A DNA stretch of 64,000 nucleotides, from contig CAVYKI010000009.1 in assembly GCA_963769025.1 (NCBI GenBank), forward strand, positions 128,001-192,000, given 5' to 3'. Under the pieces are notes generated by a model that had not been told where the DNA came from, did no database searches, and saw nothing but the letters and a program-made list of their open reading frames with translations. The position numbers and the translations under genes were made by a program. The DNA comes from an uncultured Verrucomicrobiae bacterium (GTDB taxonomy: Bacteria > Verrucomicrobiota > Verrucomicrobiia > Chthoniobacterales > Chthoniobacteraceae). Below, piece after piece: positions 50,728 to 60,880 of the stretch; the first letter of the stretch is position 1; every line of letters starts with the position of its first letter.

Positions 50728-52106
50728 CCACGACACCGCAACGCCCCTCGCTCGACTCCGTCGCGACGATCAACGAGGACGGCTCGCGGCGCTTCGTCCA
50801 CGCGGCCTTGGCGCACGGTCGTTTTGCGCGCTGGCGCACCGTCCTCGCCGTCGCGCTCACCGCCCTTTACGTGGCGATGCCGTGGATCCGGATCAATGGC
50901 AACCCGGCGCTCTTCCTGGATATCGCACATGGGCAGTTCCATTACTTCGGACTCACCTTCGTCAGTCAGGACATCTGGATCGCCTTCTTTGTGATGAGCG
51001 GCATCGGATTCTGCCTCTTCTTCCTCACCGCGCTGCTCGGCCGAGTGTGGTGCGGCTGGGCCTGCCCGCAGACGATCTTTCTCGATTTCGCGCGCTGCAT
51101 CGAGCGCTGGTGCGAGGGCGATGCCCCGGAAAGGCGAAGGCTCGATTGCTCGCCATGGACCCTGAGCAAGTCCGTTCGCCGCGGCGCCAAGCACGTCTTC
51201 TACGGGCTCTTCTCCCTGCTGCTTGCCCACGTGCTCCTCTCCTACTTCGTGTCGCTGCCCCGCCTTTACGCGATGATGAGGCACGCACCCGCTGAAAACC
51301 TCGGGTCATTTGCATTCGTCTTCCTCACCGCCGCCGCGCTGTGGTTCAACCTCGCGTGGTTTCGCGAGCAGTTCTGCATCGTGCTTTGCCCGTATGGACG
51401 CCTGCAGTCCGCACTCATCGACAGCGACTCGCTCGTGGTCGGCTACGACACGAAACGCGGGGAGCCACGGGGCCGGAAAGGCACGCAGGGCGCCGGAGAC
51501 TGCGTCGATTGCCTGCGCTGCGTGCAGGTGTGCCCGACCGGCATCGACATCCGGCAGGGCCAGCAACTCGAATGCATCGGCTGCACCGCGTGCATCGACG
51601 CGTGCGATGCCGTCATGTCGAAGCTCGTTCGCGAGCCCGGCCTCATCCGTTACGATTCGCGGCACGGCTTTGAGGGAAAACGCACACGCTGGCTGCGGCC
51701 CCGCACACTGCTCTACACCGCGCTCGCGGTCCTCGGTGCCATCGCGCTGACGTTTGAGACCGCGTCCCTCAAGTCTGCCACCGTGAGCCTCACGCGCGTC
51801 ACGGGCATTCCGTATGTGGTCGAGGGCGGTGTCGTGCGAAACCAGTTCCTCGTGCGCTTGCTGAACAAGCGCAATGCCGCCGTCACCTTCCGGGTGGAGG
51901 TCGCAGACGGCCCTCCGAGCCTTCGGACAATCGGCGTGGAGGGCGGCATCGTCGTCGCTCCGCTCGGTGAGGAAATCCGCACGGTGGCGCTCACGCTCCC
52001 GCGCGCCGATCTGAAGGCCGAGCTTCCGTTGCGCTTCGTCGTAAAGTCGGGCGACGGCACGGTCATCGAAAGGGCGGCTACCTTTCTCGGGCCAATCATC
52101 CCATGA
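50724..52106 (+). CDS. ccoG: Cytochrome c oxidase accessory ferredoxin protein
   Basis: GRVWCGWACPQT, CPYGRLQ, CVDCLRCVQVCPTGIDIR, CIGCTACIDAC. Confidence 0.95.
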   Translation: MTTTPQRPSLDSVATINEDGSRRFVHAALAHGRFARWRTVLAVALTALYVAMPWIRINGNPALFLDIAHGQFHYFGLTFVSQDIWIAFFVMSGIGFCLFFLTALLGRVWCGWACPQTIFLDFARCIERWCEGDAPERRRLDCSPWTLSKSVRRGAKHVFYGLFSLLLAHVLLSYFVSLPRLYAMMRHAPAENLGSFAFVFLTAAALWFNLAWFREQFCIVLCPYGRLQSALIDSDSLVVGYDTKRGEPRGRKGTQGAGDCVDCLRCVQVCPTGIDIRQGQQLECIGCTACIDACDAVMSKLVREPGLIRYDSRHGFEGKRTRWLRPRTLLYTALAVLGAIALTFETASLKSATVSLTRVTGIPYVVEGGVVRNQFLVRLLNKRNAAVTFRVEVADGPPSLRTIGVEGGIVVAPLGEEIRTVALTLPRADLKAELPLRFVVKSGDGTVIERAATFLGPIIP

Positions 52107-52228
52107 AAGACCGTCCTTGGATCTGGCTCATCATTGCCAATGTCGTCTTCATCGCCGGCATGATCACGATGGTCGTGATCGCCGTTCGCAACAAGGAGCC
52201 AGACGTGCCGATTGCACATGGACGCTAG
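52103..52228 (+). CDS. Small membrane peptide in CcoH/FixH position
   Basis: Manual translation MKDRPWIWLIIANVVFIAGMITMVVIAVRNKEPDVPIAHGR; ATGA-coupled to ccoG. Confidence 0.6.
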   Translation: MKDRPWIWLIIANVVFIAGMITMVVIAVRNKEPDVPIAHGR

Positions 52229-52826
52229 TGTGGCCACGCCCATCGCCGCCCTGGTCGCAGGACTCGCGACGGGCGTGCATTGCACCGTGATGTGCGGTCC
52301 GCTCGCATGCGCGATGCGTGTGCGACCCGCCGAGTATCACGCCTCGCGCCTTGTCTCCTACTCGCTGGCCGGTGCGCTGTGCGGCACGGCGGGGCAGACG
52401 GTTGCATCCTTTCTCCAAGGCACCACCGCCCGCATCGTCCCGTGGGCGTTTGTCATCGTGCTCATCGTGCTTGGATTCGGGCTGGAGAAGCGAATCCCGC
52501 AGCCGCGCTTCGTTGCGAAATTGCTCTTCCGCGCGCGCCTGAACCGTTCGCTGGGATGGCTCACGCCGCTGCTCCCGTGCGGTCCCCTGTGGCTCATGCT
52601 GGGTGCAGCCGCGGTCACCGGTTCGTGGATGAGTGGGGCGGTGCACATGGCGGCATTTGCGATCGGCACCGTCCCGCTTCCGGTCCTGCTGCAGATCCAG
52701 GCATTGCGGATGCAGCATGGCATTTCCCACCGGATGGCGCGTTGGATGCAGCAAGGGCTGGCATTGATCTCCGCCGGCCTGCTCATCTGGCGCGCCGCTC
52801 TCCCTCCCCATGCGAGCTGCCATTGA
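52218..52826 (+). CDS. DsbD_2/TauE-like membrane protein (cbb3 biogenesis)
   Basis: HCTVMCGP and LLPCG motifs, FAIGTVP. Confidence 0.85.
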   Translation: MDASVATPIAALVAGLATGVHCTVMCGPLACAMRVRPAEYHASRLVSYSLAGALCGTAGQTVASFLQGTTARIVPWAFVIVLIVLGFGLEKRIPQPRFVAKLLFRARLNRSLGWLTPLLPCGPLWLMLGAAAVTGSWMSGAVHMAAFAIGTVPLPVLLQIQALRMQHGISHRMARWMQQGLALISAGLLIWRAALPPHASCH

Positions 52827-55134
52827 ACAGCACGTCTGCATCCACTGCGGCACGCCGTTCCGCCAGACTGCGCACCGTCCGGATTTCTGCTGCGCGGGCT
52901 GCCAGTTTGTCCACGGCCTGATCGCAAAGAACGGCCTCGGGCAATTCTACGATCTGCAGGAGGGAGGCGTGCCGCCTGTGCAGTCGCTCGTGTTTCAAAA
53001 GCGCGACTATGCATGGCTCGACGATCTCGCCCGTGTCTCGGACGGCAGGCTCCAACTCGACGTGCAAGGCCTTTCGTGCATCGGCTGTGCGTGGCTGATC
53101 GAGAGGCTTTTCACACGCAAGCCGGGCGCGCTCGCCATCCATGTCGATCCCACCCTCGGGCAATTCACGCTCCGCTGGCAGCCGGAGGTGTTCAATGTGG
53201 CGGCCTTCGCCCGCGAACTGCAGACCTTCGGCTACCTCGTCGGTCCGCCGGGAGAACAGGCCGCGCCTGCGAGTCGCGCATTGAATCTGCGACTTGGCCT
53301 TTGCGGTGCGCTGGCGCTGAACACGATGCTCTTCACGCTGCCGAGGTACCTCGGGATGGAGAGCGACTTCGAGTTTGCGGAGCTTTTTCACCGCCTCACG
53401 CTCATCCTAGGCACGCTCAGTTTTCTGATTGGCGGCAGCTATTTTTTTGTCCGCTCGTGGCACAGCATCCGTCAGCGCGTGCTGCACATCGACCTCCCGA
53501 TTTCGATCGGCCTCGTCGCCGCGTATGCAGGCTCCGTGTTCGCATGGAGGCGCGGCGCCCATGGTTTCGTCTATTTCGATTTCGTCTCCGCATTCACCTT
53601 CCTCATGCTCGCCGGGCGCTGGCTGCAGCAAAAGGCCGTCGAGCGAAACCGGAACCAGCTCCTCGCCGCGCAATCCGAACCTCCGCCGGTGCGGCTCGCG
53701 ACCGGGGAGAAAGTCCCCGTGGCGCGCCTCACCGCGGGCGATGTCTTCGCCGTCGATCCCGGTCACATCGTGCCGGTGCTCGGCCGCCTTTGCTCGGACG
53801 GTGCGACCCTTGGAATGGAATGGATCAGCGGTGAAAGCGAGGTGGCAAGTGCGCGGCGCGGACGCCTCGTGCCCGCCGGCGCCGTGAACTGCGGCCAGTC
53901 CGTAATCGAACTCGAGGCCCGCGAGTCGTGGGGCGATTCCCTCCTCGCGAAGCTGCTCCTCATCGTGCCAGCCGGCACTGCGCGCGACGCTGCATTGGAG
54001 CGGTTTCTCCGTGGCTATATCGCCGTTGTGCTCGGTCTTGCGGTTGGGGGATTCTGCGCCTGGTGGATCTCCACGGGTGCGTTGCTGCCGGCGTTGCAGG
54101 TGCTCATCTCGGTGCTCGTCGTCTCATGTCCGTGCGCGTCCGGCGTCGCGCTTCCGTTGTGCCGGGATCTCGCGGCGTCGCGGATGCGCCGGCACGGCGT
54201 TTTCATCCGCGACGGCGAGCTGTGGGCAAAGCTGGATCGCGTCCGCAAAATCATCTTCGACAAGACGGGCACGCTCACGCTCGAAGCCATGTCGCTGCTG
54301 AATCCCGGGGCGCTGCGCCGCCTTCACGCCGACGAGCGAGCGGTGCTCCTCGCCATGGTGAATGACAGCCTGCATCCCGTGAGCGGATGCCTGCGCGAAC
54401 AACTCCTCGCCGACCGGGTCGAACCGGCGGCTGGCGGACCCGTGCGTGAGACCGTCGGTTTCGGGCTCGAAATGGAACGCGAAGCCGCAACCTGGCGCCT
54501 GGGTCGCGCCGAATGGGCGGCACCCGGGGTGCCGGTGGCGGACTGTGTCTTCGCCCGTGACGGCGAGCCTCTCGCGGCATTCCGCTTCGGTGAATCCGCC
54601 CGCGACGATGCCCGGGAAGAAGTTGCGGCCCTGCGCGAGCGTGGCTGCGAAGTTTTCATCCTGAGTGGCGACCGTCGTGCGAAAGTGGACGCGATGGCGG
54701 AACGACTTCAGCTCCCGCGCGAGCGCTGCCTGGGTGAACTTTCGCCCGATGAGAAGGCGACGCGCGTCCGCGAGATCGACGCGCACGACACGCTCTATCT
54801 TGGCGACGGGGCGAATGACTCCCTTGCATTTGATGCCGCGTGGGTCAGCGGAACGCCTGCGATCGATCGCGGTCTCCTCGAGCGGAAGGCCGGATTCTAT
54901 TTCCTCGGCCGCGGACTCAGCGGCGTGCGCGAGCTCCTGGCGACCGCCGCGCTTCGGCGGCGCACTGCGCGCGGCGTGGTGGCATTTGCCATCGCGTACA
55001 ATGTCGTGGCCGTGGTCCTTTGCCTTGCCGGGATCATGAGTCCATTGCTCGCCGCCATCCTCATGCCCGCCAGTTCACTGATCTCGCTGGCGATCGTTTT
55101 CACCGGCTTCGCACGCGCGGCTGGGAAAGCGTGA
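52810..55134 (+). CDS. ccoI: Heavy-metal (Cu) P1B-type ATPase CcoI/FixI
   Basis: CIHCG/FCCAGC N-terminus, CIGC, SCPC, DKTGTLT, HP, GDGAND. Confidence 0.92.
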   Translation: MRAAIEQHVCIHCGTPFRQTAHRPDFCCAGCQFVHGLIAKNGLGQFYDLQEGGVPPVQSLVFQKRDYAWLDDLARVSDGRLQLDVQGLSCIGCAWLIERLFTRKPGALAIHVDPTLGQFTLRWQPEVFNVAAFARELQTFGYLVGPPGEQAAPASRALNLRLGLCGALALNTMLFTLPRYLGMESDFEFAELFHRLTLILGTLSFLIGGSYFFVRSWHSIRQRVLHIDLPISIGLVAAYAGSVFAWRRGAHGFVYFDFVSAFTFLMLAGRWLQQKAVERNRNQLLAAQSEPPPVRLATGEKVPVARLTAGDVFAVDPGHIVPVLGRLCSDGATLGMEWISGESEVASARRGRLVPAGAVNCGQSVIELEARESWGDSLLAKLLLIVPAGTARDAALERFLRGYIAVVLGLAVGGFCAWWISTGALLPALQVLISVLVVSCPCASGVALPLCRDLAASRMRRHGVFIRDGELWAKLDRVRKIIFDKTGTLTLEAMSLLNPGALRRLHADERAVLLAMVNDSLHPVSGCLREQLLADRVEPAAGGPVRETVGFGLEMEREAATWRLGRAEWAAPGVPVADCVFARDGEPLAAFRFGESARDDAREEVAALRERGCEVFILSGDRRAKVDAMAERLQLPRERCLGELSPDEKATRVREIDAHDTLYLGDGANDSLAFDAAWVSGTPAIDRGLLERKAGFYFLGRGLSGVRELLATAALRRRTARGVVAFAIAYNVVAVVLCLAGIMSPLLAAILMPASSLISLAIVFTGFARAAGKA

Positions 55135-55293
55135 ATTCGGGTTTCGCGGCATTGATTGCGCAGTGGGAACTCGGTCAACTTCCCGGCCGCGTTTCCTCAT
55201 GAAGTCCTCCCGCATGCTCCAAACACTTTGGATGGATAGGAAGGCGCTTCCGTGAGGCTCCAGACCGTCGAGGGCGGCATGAGCGTCGCGTGT

Positions 55294-56391
55294 TTACATC
55301 AGCGCCTCTGCCGCCGCGAGGGCGCGGAGGTAGATGCCGTGGCGGCTGCCGCGGGAGAGTTCCTCGTCGAGGATGTCGGCGAGCGCGGTGGAGTCGGCGG
55401 GGACGAGGTGGCGCGCGAGGCGGCCGTCCTTCCACGCGAGGGTGAGGTTCAGGTATTCGGCGCCCGTGGGATGGTCCACCGTGATGCTCACATCGTCGTG
55501 GACGAGGACGACGCGGTGGATGGGGGCGCCGGACGATTCGCTGAGTTCGCAGGCGACTTTTCCGCCCTCGGGTGTCGTGAAGGTGACCCGATTCGCGACA
55601 CCGGTCGCTGCCTCGATGCGCGCTGGCGCGTGGCCCTTGCTCCAGCCGAGCAGGGCGGCAAACCAGCCGAGGAGAAGGAGGGCTGTCGTGCGGGAACCGG
55701 GCGCGTGGGTGATGGCGAGGCTGCGCAGGGCGCGGATGCGCGCGGCGCCGTCGGGCGTGTCGTACATTTGCGCGATGGCCTGGCGGAGGTTTGCGCTGCG
55801 GACCCAGTTCAGGTCGCCGAGCACGGTGCGGCTGGCGGCGAATGCGGAGCTGTTCGTGGCGAGCGCGGCGTGCATGGCGGCAAACTGGCTGCGCGGGTCC
55901 GTCCACGCGCCGCTGTCGAAGATGAGGCGGTCCACCCAGCGCCAGATTTCGGCGTCCACCTGCTCGGGGCATTCGCAGCGCCACCAGAGGGTGAGCGGGA
56001 GATCGTAGTCGAGCTGGGAGAAAAGGAGGTTCGGCAGGAGTTCGCGCACCTTTCCCTGCACGAAGATGGACACCTGCTCGCAGCACACATGCTTCGCGCC
56101 GGCCTTCGGAAGGTAGCAGTTCGCATTCACCCACGCCTTCACCGAGGTCTCGGCGGCGTGCGGGTCGATGCCGATGAGGAGCGCGTGGAAGGAGTGGTTC
56201 CGCACGAAACGCGAGAGCAGTTCACTGCTGTCGCGCATGGCGGCCTCGCCTTCGCAGATGATGGCGAAATTGATCAGCGATGCGCGCGTCCGTGTCTTGT
56301 CGGCCTGCCAGAGCTTCTTCAGCTCGCGGGAGATGGCGGAGATTTCGACAGGCGTGCCGAAGTTCGCGCTGGGTGCGGGCTCGGTCGGCAT
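55294..56391 (-). CDS. opcA: Glucose-6-phosphate dehydrogenase assembly protein OpcA
   Basis: ISRELKKLW, RASLIN, CCEQV, DLPLTLWW, DLNWVR; directly downstream of zwf. Confidence 0.85.
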   Translation of the reverse strand: MPTEPAPSANFGTPVEISAISRELKKLWQADKTRTRASLINFAIICEGEAAMRDSSELLSRFVRNHSFHALLIGIDPHAAETSVKAWVNANCYLPKAGAKHVCCEQVSIFVQGKVRELLPNLLFSQLDYDLPLTLWWRCECPEQVDAEIWRWVDRLIFDSGAWTDPRSQFAAMHAALATNSSAFAASRTVLGDLNWVRSANLRQAIAQMYDTPDGAARIRALRSLAITHAPGSRTTALLLLGWFAALLGWSKGHAPARIEAATGVANRVTFTTPEGGKVACELSESSGAPIHRVVLVHDDVSITVDHPTGAEYLNLTLAWKDGRLARHLVPADSTALADILDEELSRGSRHGIYLRALAAAEALM

Positions 56392-56393
56392 GG

Positions 56394-57938
56394 CTACATC
56401 CTCCGCCAGGCGTGGCCGTCGCGCGCGAGCAGTTCGTCGGCTTCCTTCGGGCCCCAGGTGCCGGCGGCGTATTCGCAGAGCGCGGACTTCGTGCCTTCCG
56501 CGTGCCACGCGTTCTCGATGGCGTCCACGAACTTCCACGCCTCCTGCACCTCGTCGCGCCGGGCGAAGAGCGTCGCGTCGCCGCTCATCGCGTCGAGGAT
56601 GAGACGTTCGTAGGCCTCGGGGCTCTGTTTTCCAAAGCTCGCGCCGTAGTGGAAATCCATCTTCACCGGCTCGATGCGGAGCACGCTGCCCGGGACTCTT
56701 GATTGGAGCCGCAGCGAGATGCCCTCGTCCGGCTGGATGCGGATGACGAGCTGGTTCGGCCCGAGCGGCGAGTCGGCGTCGGTGTTGAAAAGCACGCGCG
56801 GCGCTTCCTTGAACTGCACGGCGATCTCCGCGCCGCCCTTCGCGAGCCGCTTGCCGACGCGCATGTAGAAGGGCACGCCGTGCCAGCGCCAGTTGTCGAT
56901 GTGGAGCTTCAGCGCGACATACGTCTCGGTCATTGAGGTCGGGCTCACCCGTTCCTCCTCGCGGTAGGCGGGGACGGCCTTGCCGTTGATCGCGCCCGCG
57001 GCGTACTGCCCGCGAACGACGTCGCGCGCGACATCCTCCGGCGAAAGACGGCGGAGCGAACGGACGACCTTGGCCTTTTCATCGCGCACGGCGTCGGCGG
57101 TGAGGCTCGTCGGCGGCTCCATCGCGGTGAGGCACACGAGCTGGAGCAGATGGCTCTGCACCATGTCGCGCAGCGCGCCCGCCTTTTCATAATACGGCCC
57201 GCGCCCCTCGACGCCGAGCGTCTCCGCCGAGGTGATCTGCACGTGGTCGATGTAGCGGTTGTTCCACTGGTTCTCGAAGATCTGGTTCGCGAACCGCAGC
57301 ACCATGATGTTCTGCGCGGTCTCCTTGCCGAGATAGTGGTCGATGCGGAAGGTGTCGCGCTCGGCGAATGCGTGCGCGATCGATTCGTTCAGCTCCTCCG
57401 CGCTGGCGAGGTCGGTGCCAAACGGCTTCTCGACGATCACGCGCGTCCACGCTCCCGCGCGCGGCTTGTTCAGCCCGCTCGCGGCGAGCTGTCGCAGGAT
57501 GAGATCGTAGTCCGTCGGCGAGACGGAGAGGTAGAAAAGGCGGTTGCCGGCCGCACTGCCCGCGGAGTCGATGGCGTCGAGCTTTTCGCGCAGAGCGCGG
57601 TAGCCCTCGGCATTCGTGAAATCGCTGCACTGGTAGTGGATCCGCTTCGAGAAGCCCGACCACACGTCCTCGTTGATTCCCGAGCGCGAGCATTTCGCGG
57701 TCGTCTCCTTGAGCTCCGTGCGCCACGATTCGTCCGTCTTTTCGCGCCGCGCAAAGCCCACGATGTTCGTCGCCGCCGGGAGGTCGCCGTCGGCGGCGAG
57801 ATTGTAGAGCGCCGGGATCAGTTTGCGGAAAGTGAGATCCCCGGACGCGCCGAAGATCACCACGTTGCACGGCTGCGGCATGGGCCTGCTGGCAAGCCCC
57901 TCGCGGAGCGGATTGGATGGATTTTGTTCGTTGCTCAC
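56394..57938 (-). CDS. zwf: Glucose-6-phosphate 1-dehydrogenase
   Basis: IFGASGDL, VEKPFG, RIDHYLGKE, NWRWHGVPFY; GTG start inferred. Confidence 0.97.
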   Translation of the reverse strand: MSNEQNPSNPLREGLASRPMPQPCNVVIFGASGDLTFRKLIPALYNLAADGDLPAATNIVGFARREKTDESWRTELKETTAKCSRSGINEDVWSGFSKRIHYQCSDFTNAEGYRALREKLDAIDSAGSAAGNRLFYLSVSPTDYDLILRQLAASGLNKPRAGAWTRVIVEKPFGTDLASAEELNESIAHAFAERDTFRIDHYLGKETAQNIMVLRFANQIFENQWNNRYIDHVQITSAETLGVEGRGPYYEKAGALRDMVQSHLLQLVCLTAMEPPTSLTADAVRDEKAKVVRSLRRLSPEDVARDVVRGQYAAGAINGKAVPAYREEERVSPTSMTETYVALKLHIDNWRWHGVPFYMRVGKRLAKGGAEIAVQFKEAPRVLFNTDADSPLGPNQLVIRIQPDEGISLRLQSRVPGSVLRIEPVKMDFHYGASFGKQSPEAYERLILDAMSGDATLFARRDEVQEAWKFVDAIENAWHAEGTKSALCEYAAGTWGPKEADELLARDGHAWRRM

Positions 57939-58047
57939 TGGTGTCACCTTGCCTCCGACAATGTGGACGCGCGCGAAGCGGTTCAATCGGAAACATCTTT
58001 TCGTTTGCGCGTCGCGCGATGGCACGGCAGAAAGCGCGCAGGGAATT

Positions 58048-60823
58048 ATGCAGGGAACCACCAAGCCGGATTATCTGGCCATTGGCTTCGAGCAGATTGA
58101 CCGCGATCTGGGGCTCCTCATGGAGTCCTTCGCGGACGTGCTGCGCGGGCTGGGGCACACTGAACTAGCGGACCATCTGCCGTGGACCGGCCGGTCATTG
58201 CCGCAATGGGATCCGGAGCGTTTGCCGGAGCGCCTCGACCTCGCGTACTCGGTGGCATTCCAGCTCCTGAACATGGTCGAGGAAAATGCCGCCGGCACCA
58301 TGCGTGAGCTGCGCGAGGAGCACGAGGGGCTCACGGCGGAGCACGGTCTGTGGGGCAGCCAGCTCGCGCGGCTCAAGGAATGCGGCGTGTCCGCCGATGA
58401 CATCGCGGCCCTGCTCCCGCGCATCCGCGTGGAGCCGGTGCTCACGGCGCATCCCACCGAGGCAAAGCGCCTGTCGGTGCTCGATCATCACCGGATGCTT
58501 TTCGCGCTGCTCCAGCGCTCCGGGAGCGAGCCGCGGACTGCGACCGGCGTGCGCCGCATCGCGGACGAACTGCGCGCGGCGCTCGAGCGGCTGTGGCGGA
58601 CGGGCGAGATCCTTTTGGAAAAGCCGACGCTCACCGACGAACGCCGCAACGTGATGCACTACCTGCGCGACGTGTTCCCATCCGTGCTGCCGGTGCTCGA
58701 CGAACGGCTGCGCATCGCGTGGGAAAGCGCGGGATTCGACGTCGCGCCGCTGCGCAAGCCGGGCGCGATGCCGCGGCTGTGCTTCGGCACGTGGGTCGGC
58801 GGCGATCGCGACGGACATCCCGGCGTGACGGCGGAAGTGACGCGGGAAAATCTCGAACGGCTGCGGACGAATGCGCTGCTCGTGCATCACCGGAGCCTCG
58901 CCGCGCTCGCGCAAAAGCTCACGCTCACGACGTGGATGCAGCCGCCGCCCGAGGCGCTGACCGGGGGAATCGCACGCCTCGCGGAACTGCTCGGCGAGTC
59001 CGCGAAGCCGCTCCTCGCGAGCCACGCCGAGGAACCGTGGAGGCAGTTCGTGGAGCTGATGCTCGCGCGCATCCCGATCGGAATCGCTCAGGGCCAGGCG
59101 GCGCAGATCCGGCAGGGTGCGACGTTTTACCGTGAACGCAGCGAATTCGCGGCGGACCTCGCCATTCTCCACGACTCACTCGTGGAGGCGGGTGCCCGCC
59201 GGCTCGCGGAATCGGACATCGAGCCGATCCAGCGCGCACTGGAGGTTTTCGGCTTTCACCTCGCTCATCTCGACATCCGGCAAAACTCCGCATTCCACGC
59301 AAAGGCGCTCGGCCAACTCATGTCCGCCTCGGGCATCGACGGCAGCCAGTGGGAGGACTGGACCGAGACCGAGCGGCTGCGTTTCCTCGAGCGGGAACTG
59401 CGCTCGCCGCGTCCATTCCTGCATCCCGCCGCGAGCGCCGGGCCGGAGGCGGATGCCGTGCTCGGCTGCTATCGCGTCCTCGCGCAGCACCTCGCAAATT
59501 TCGGCCCGGACGGAATCGGCGCGCTCATCGTGAGCATGACGCGCCGCCTTTCCGATCTGCTCGTCGTGTACGTGCTCGCGCGCGAAGCGGGGCTGCTGCG
59601 GAGTCTCCCCGAGGGGATCGTCTGCCTGCTGCCGGTCGTGCCGCTCTTTGAAACGGCGGACGATCTCGAGGCCGGCCCGGACATGTTGCGGAAATTCATC
59701 GAGCAGCCCGTCACGCGGCGCAGCCTGGAATTCCACGCCGCGCGCGACGGGCGCCCCGGCGAGATGGTGCAGCAGGTGATGGTCGGCTACAGCGACAGCA
59801 ACAAGGACGCGGGCATCATCGCGAGCCAATGGGCGCTGCATTGCGCGCAGGCTCAACTCGCCGCGGTCGGTGCGCACACGGGCGTGGGCATCCGCTTTTT
59901 CCACGGCCGCGGCGGCACCGTGAGCCGCGGCGCGGGACCGACGCATCGCTTTCTCGACGCACTGCCGCAGGGCTCGCTCGGCGGCGACATCCGGCTCACC
60001 GAGCAGGGCGAGACCATCGCGCAGAAATTCGCGAACCTCTCGACCGCCGCCTACAACCTCGAACTGCTCATGGCCGGCGTGACCGCCACGACCTGCCGCA
60101 CGCAGCCGGCCCGCCGGCTCGCCGCATCCGCTCGCGCCGATCGTTGCGAAGCTCTCCACGGCGAGCCGCAAGGCCTACCGCGCGCTCGTCGAGCACGAGG
60201 GCTTCCTCCCGTTTTACCGCGAGGCGACGCCGATCGACGCGCTCGAGCAGAGCCGCATCGGCTCGCGCCCGTCGCGCCGGACCGGGCAGGCGAGCCTCGC
60301 GGATCTGCGCGCGATTCCGTGGGTGTTTTCGTGGAACCAGGCGCGCTTCTACCTGCCCGGCTGGTACGGCGCGGGCACCGCGCTCGCGTCGCTCGATGAG
60401 GATGAATTTGCACGCCTCGGCGCCGATGTGCGCGGCTGGCCCTTCCTCCATTACCTGCTCACGAATGTGGAATCCTCGCTCGCCAGCAGCGACCGCGAAC
60501 TGATGCTCGCCTACGCCTCGCTCGTCACGGATGAGGCAATCCGCGAGCAGGTTTCCGGCATCATCCTCGCGGAATGGGAACTCACGCGCGAGATGATCGA
60601 CCGGCTGCGCGGCCGCGCGATGGAAGTGCGCCGCCCGCGGATGTCGAAGACGCTCAACCTCCGCGCCGAGGCGCTGCGCATCCTGCACGGCCAGCAGATC
60701 GCCCTGCTGCGGCGCTGGCGCGGGTTGCTCGCCGCCGGGGATGAAACCGCCGCCGGCGCGATGCTTCCCGACCTGCTGCTGAGCATCAACGCCATCGCCA
60801 GCGGACTGCGCACCACGGGCTGA
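58048..60823 (+). CDS. ppc: Phosphoenolpyruvate carboxylase; +1 frameshift near 60110
   Basis: VLTAHPTE, WVGGDRDG, VMVGYSDSNKDAG, FHGRGGTVSRG; LRAIPWVFSW and SINAIASGLRTTG in a shifted frame. Confidence 0.94.
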
Positions 60824-60880
60824 GTTGCGCGCAATTCCCGCGTTGCGCCTGCGGGCGGCATCTGGCGAAGCTCGCAGGAC

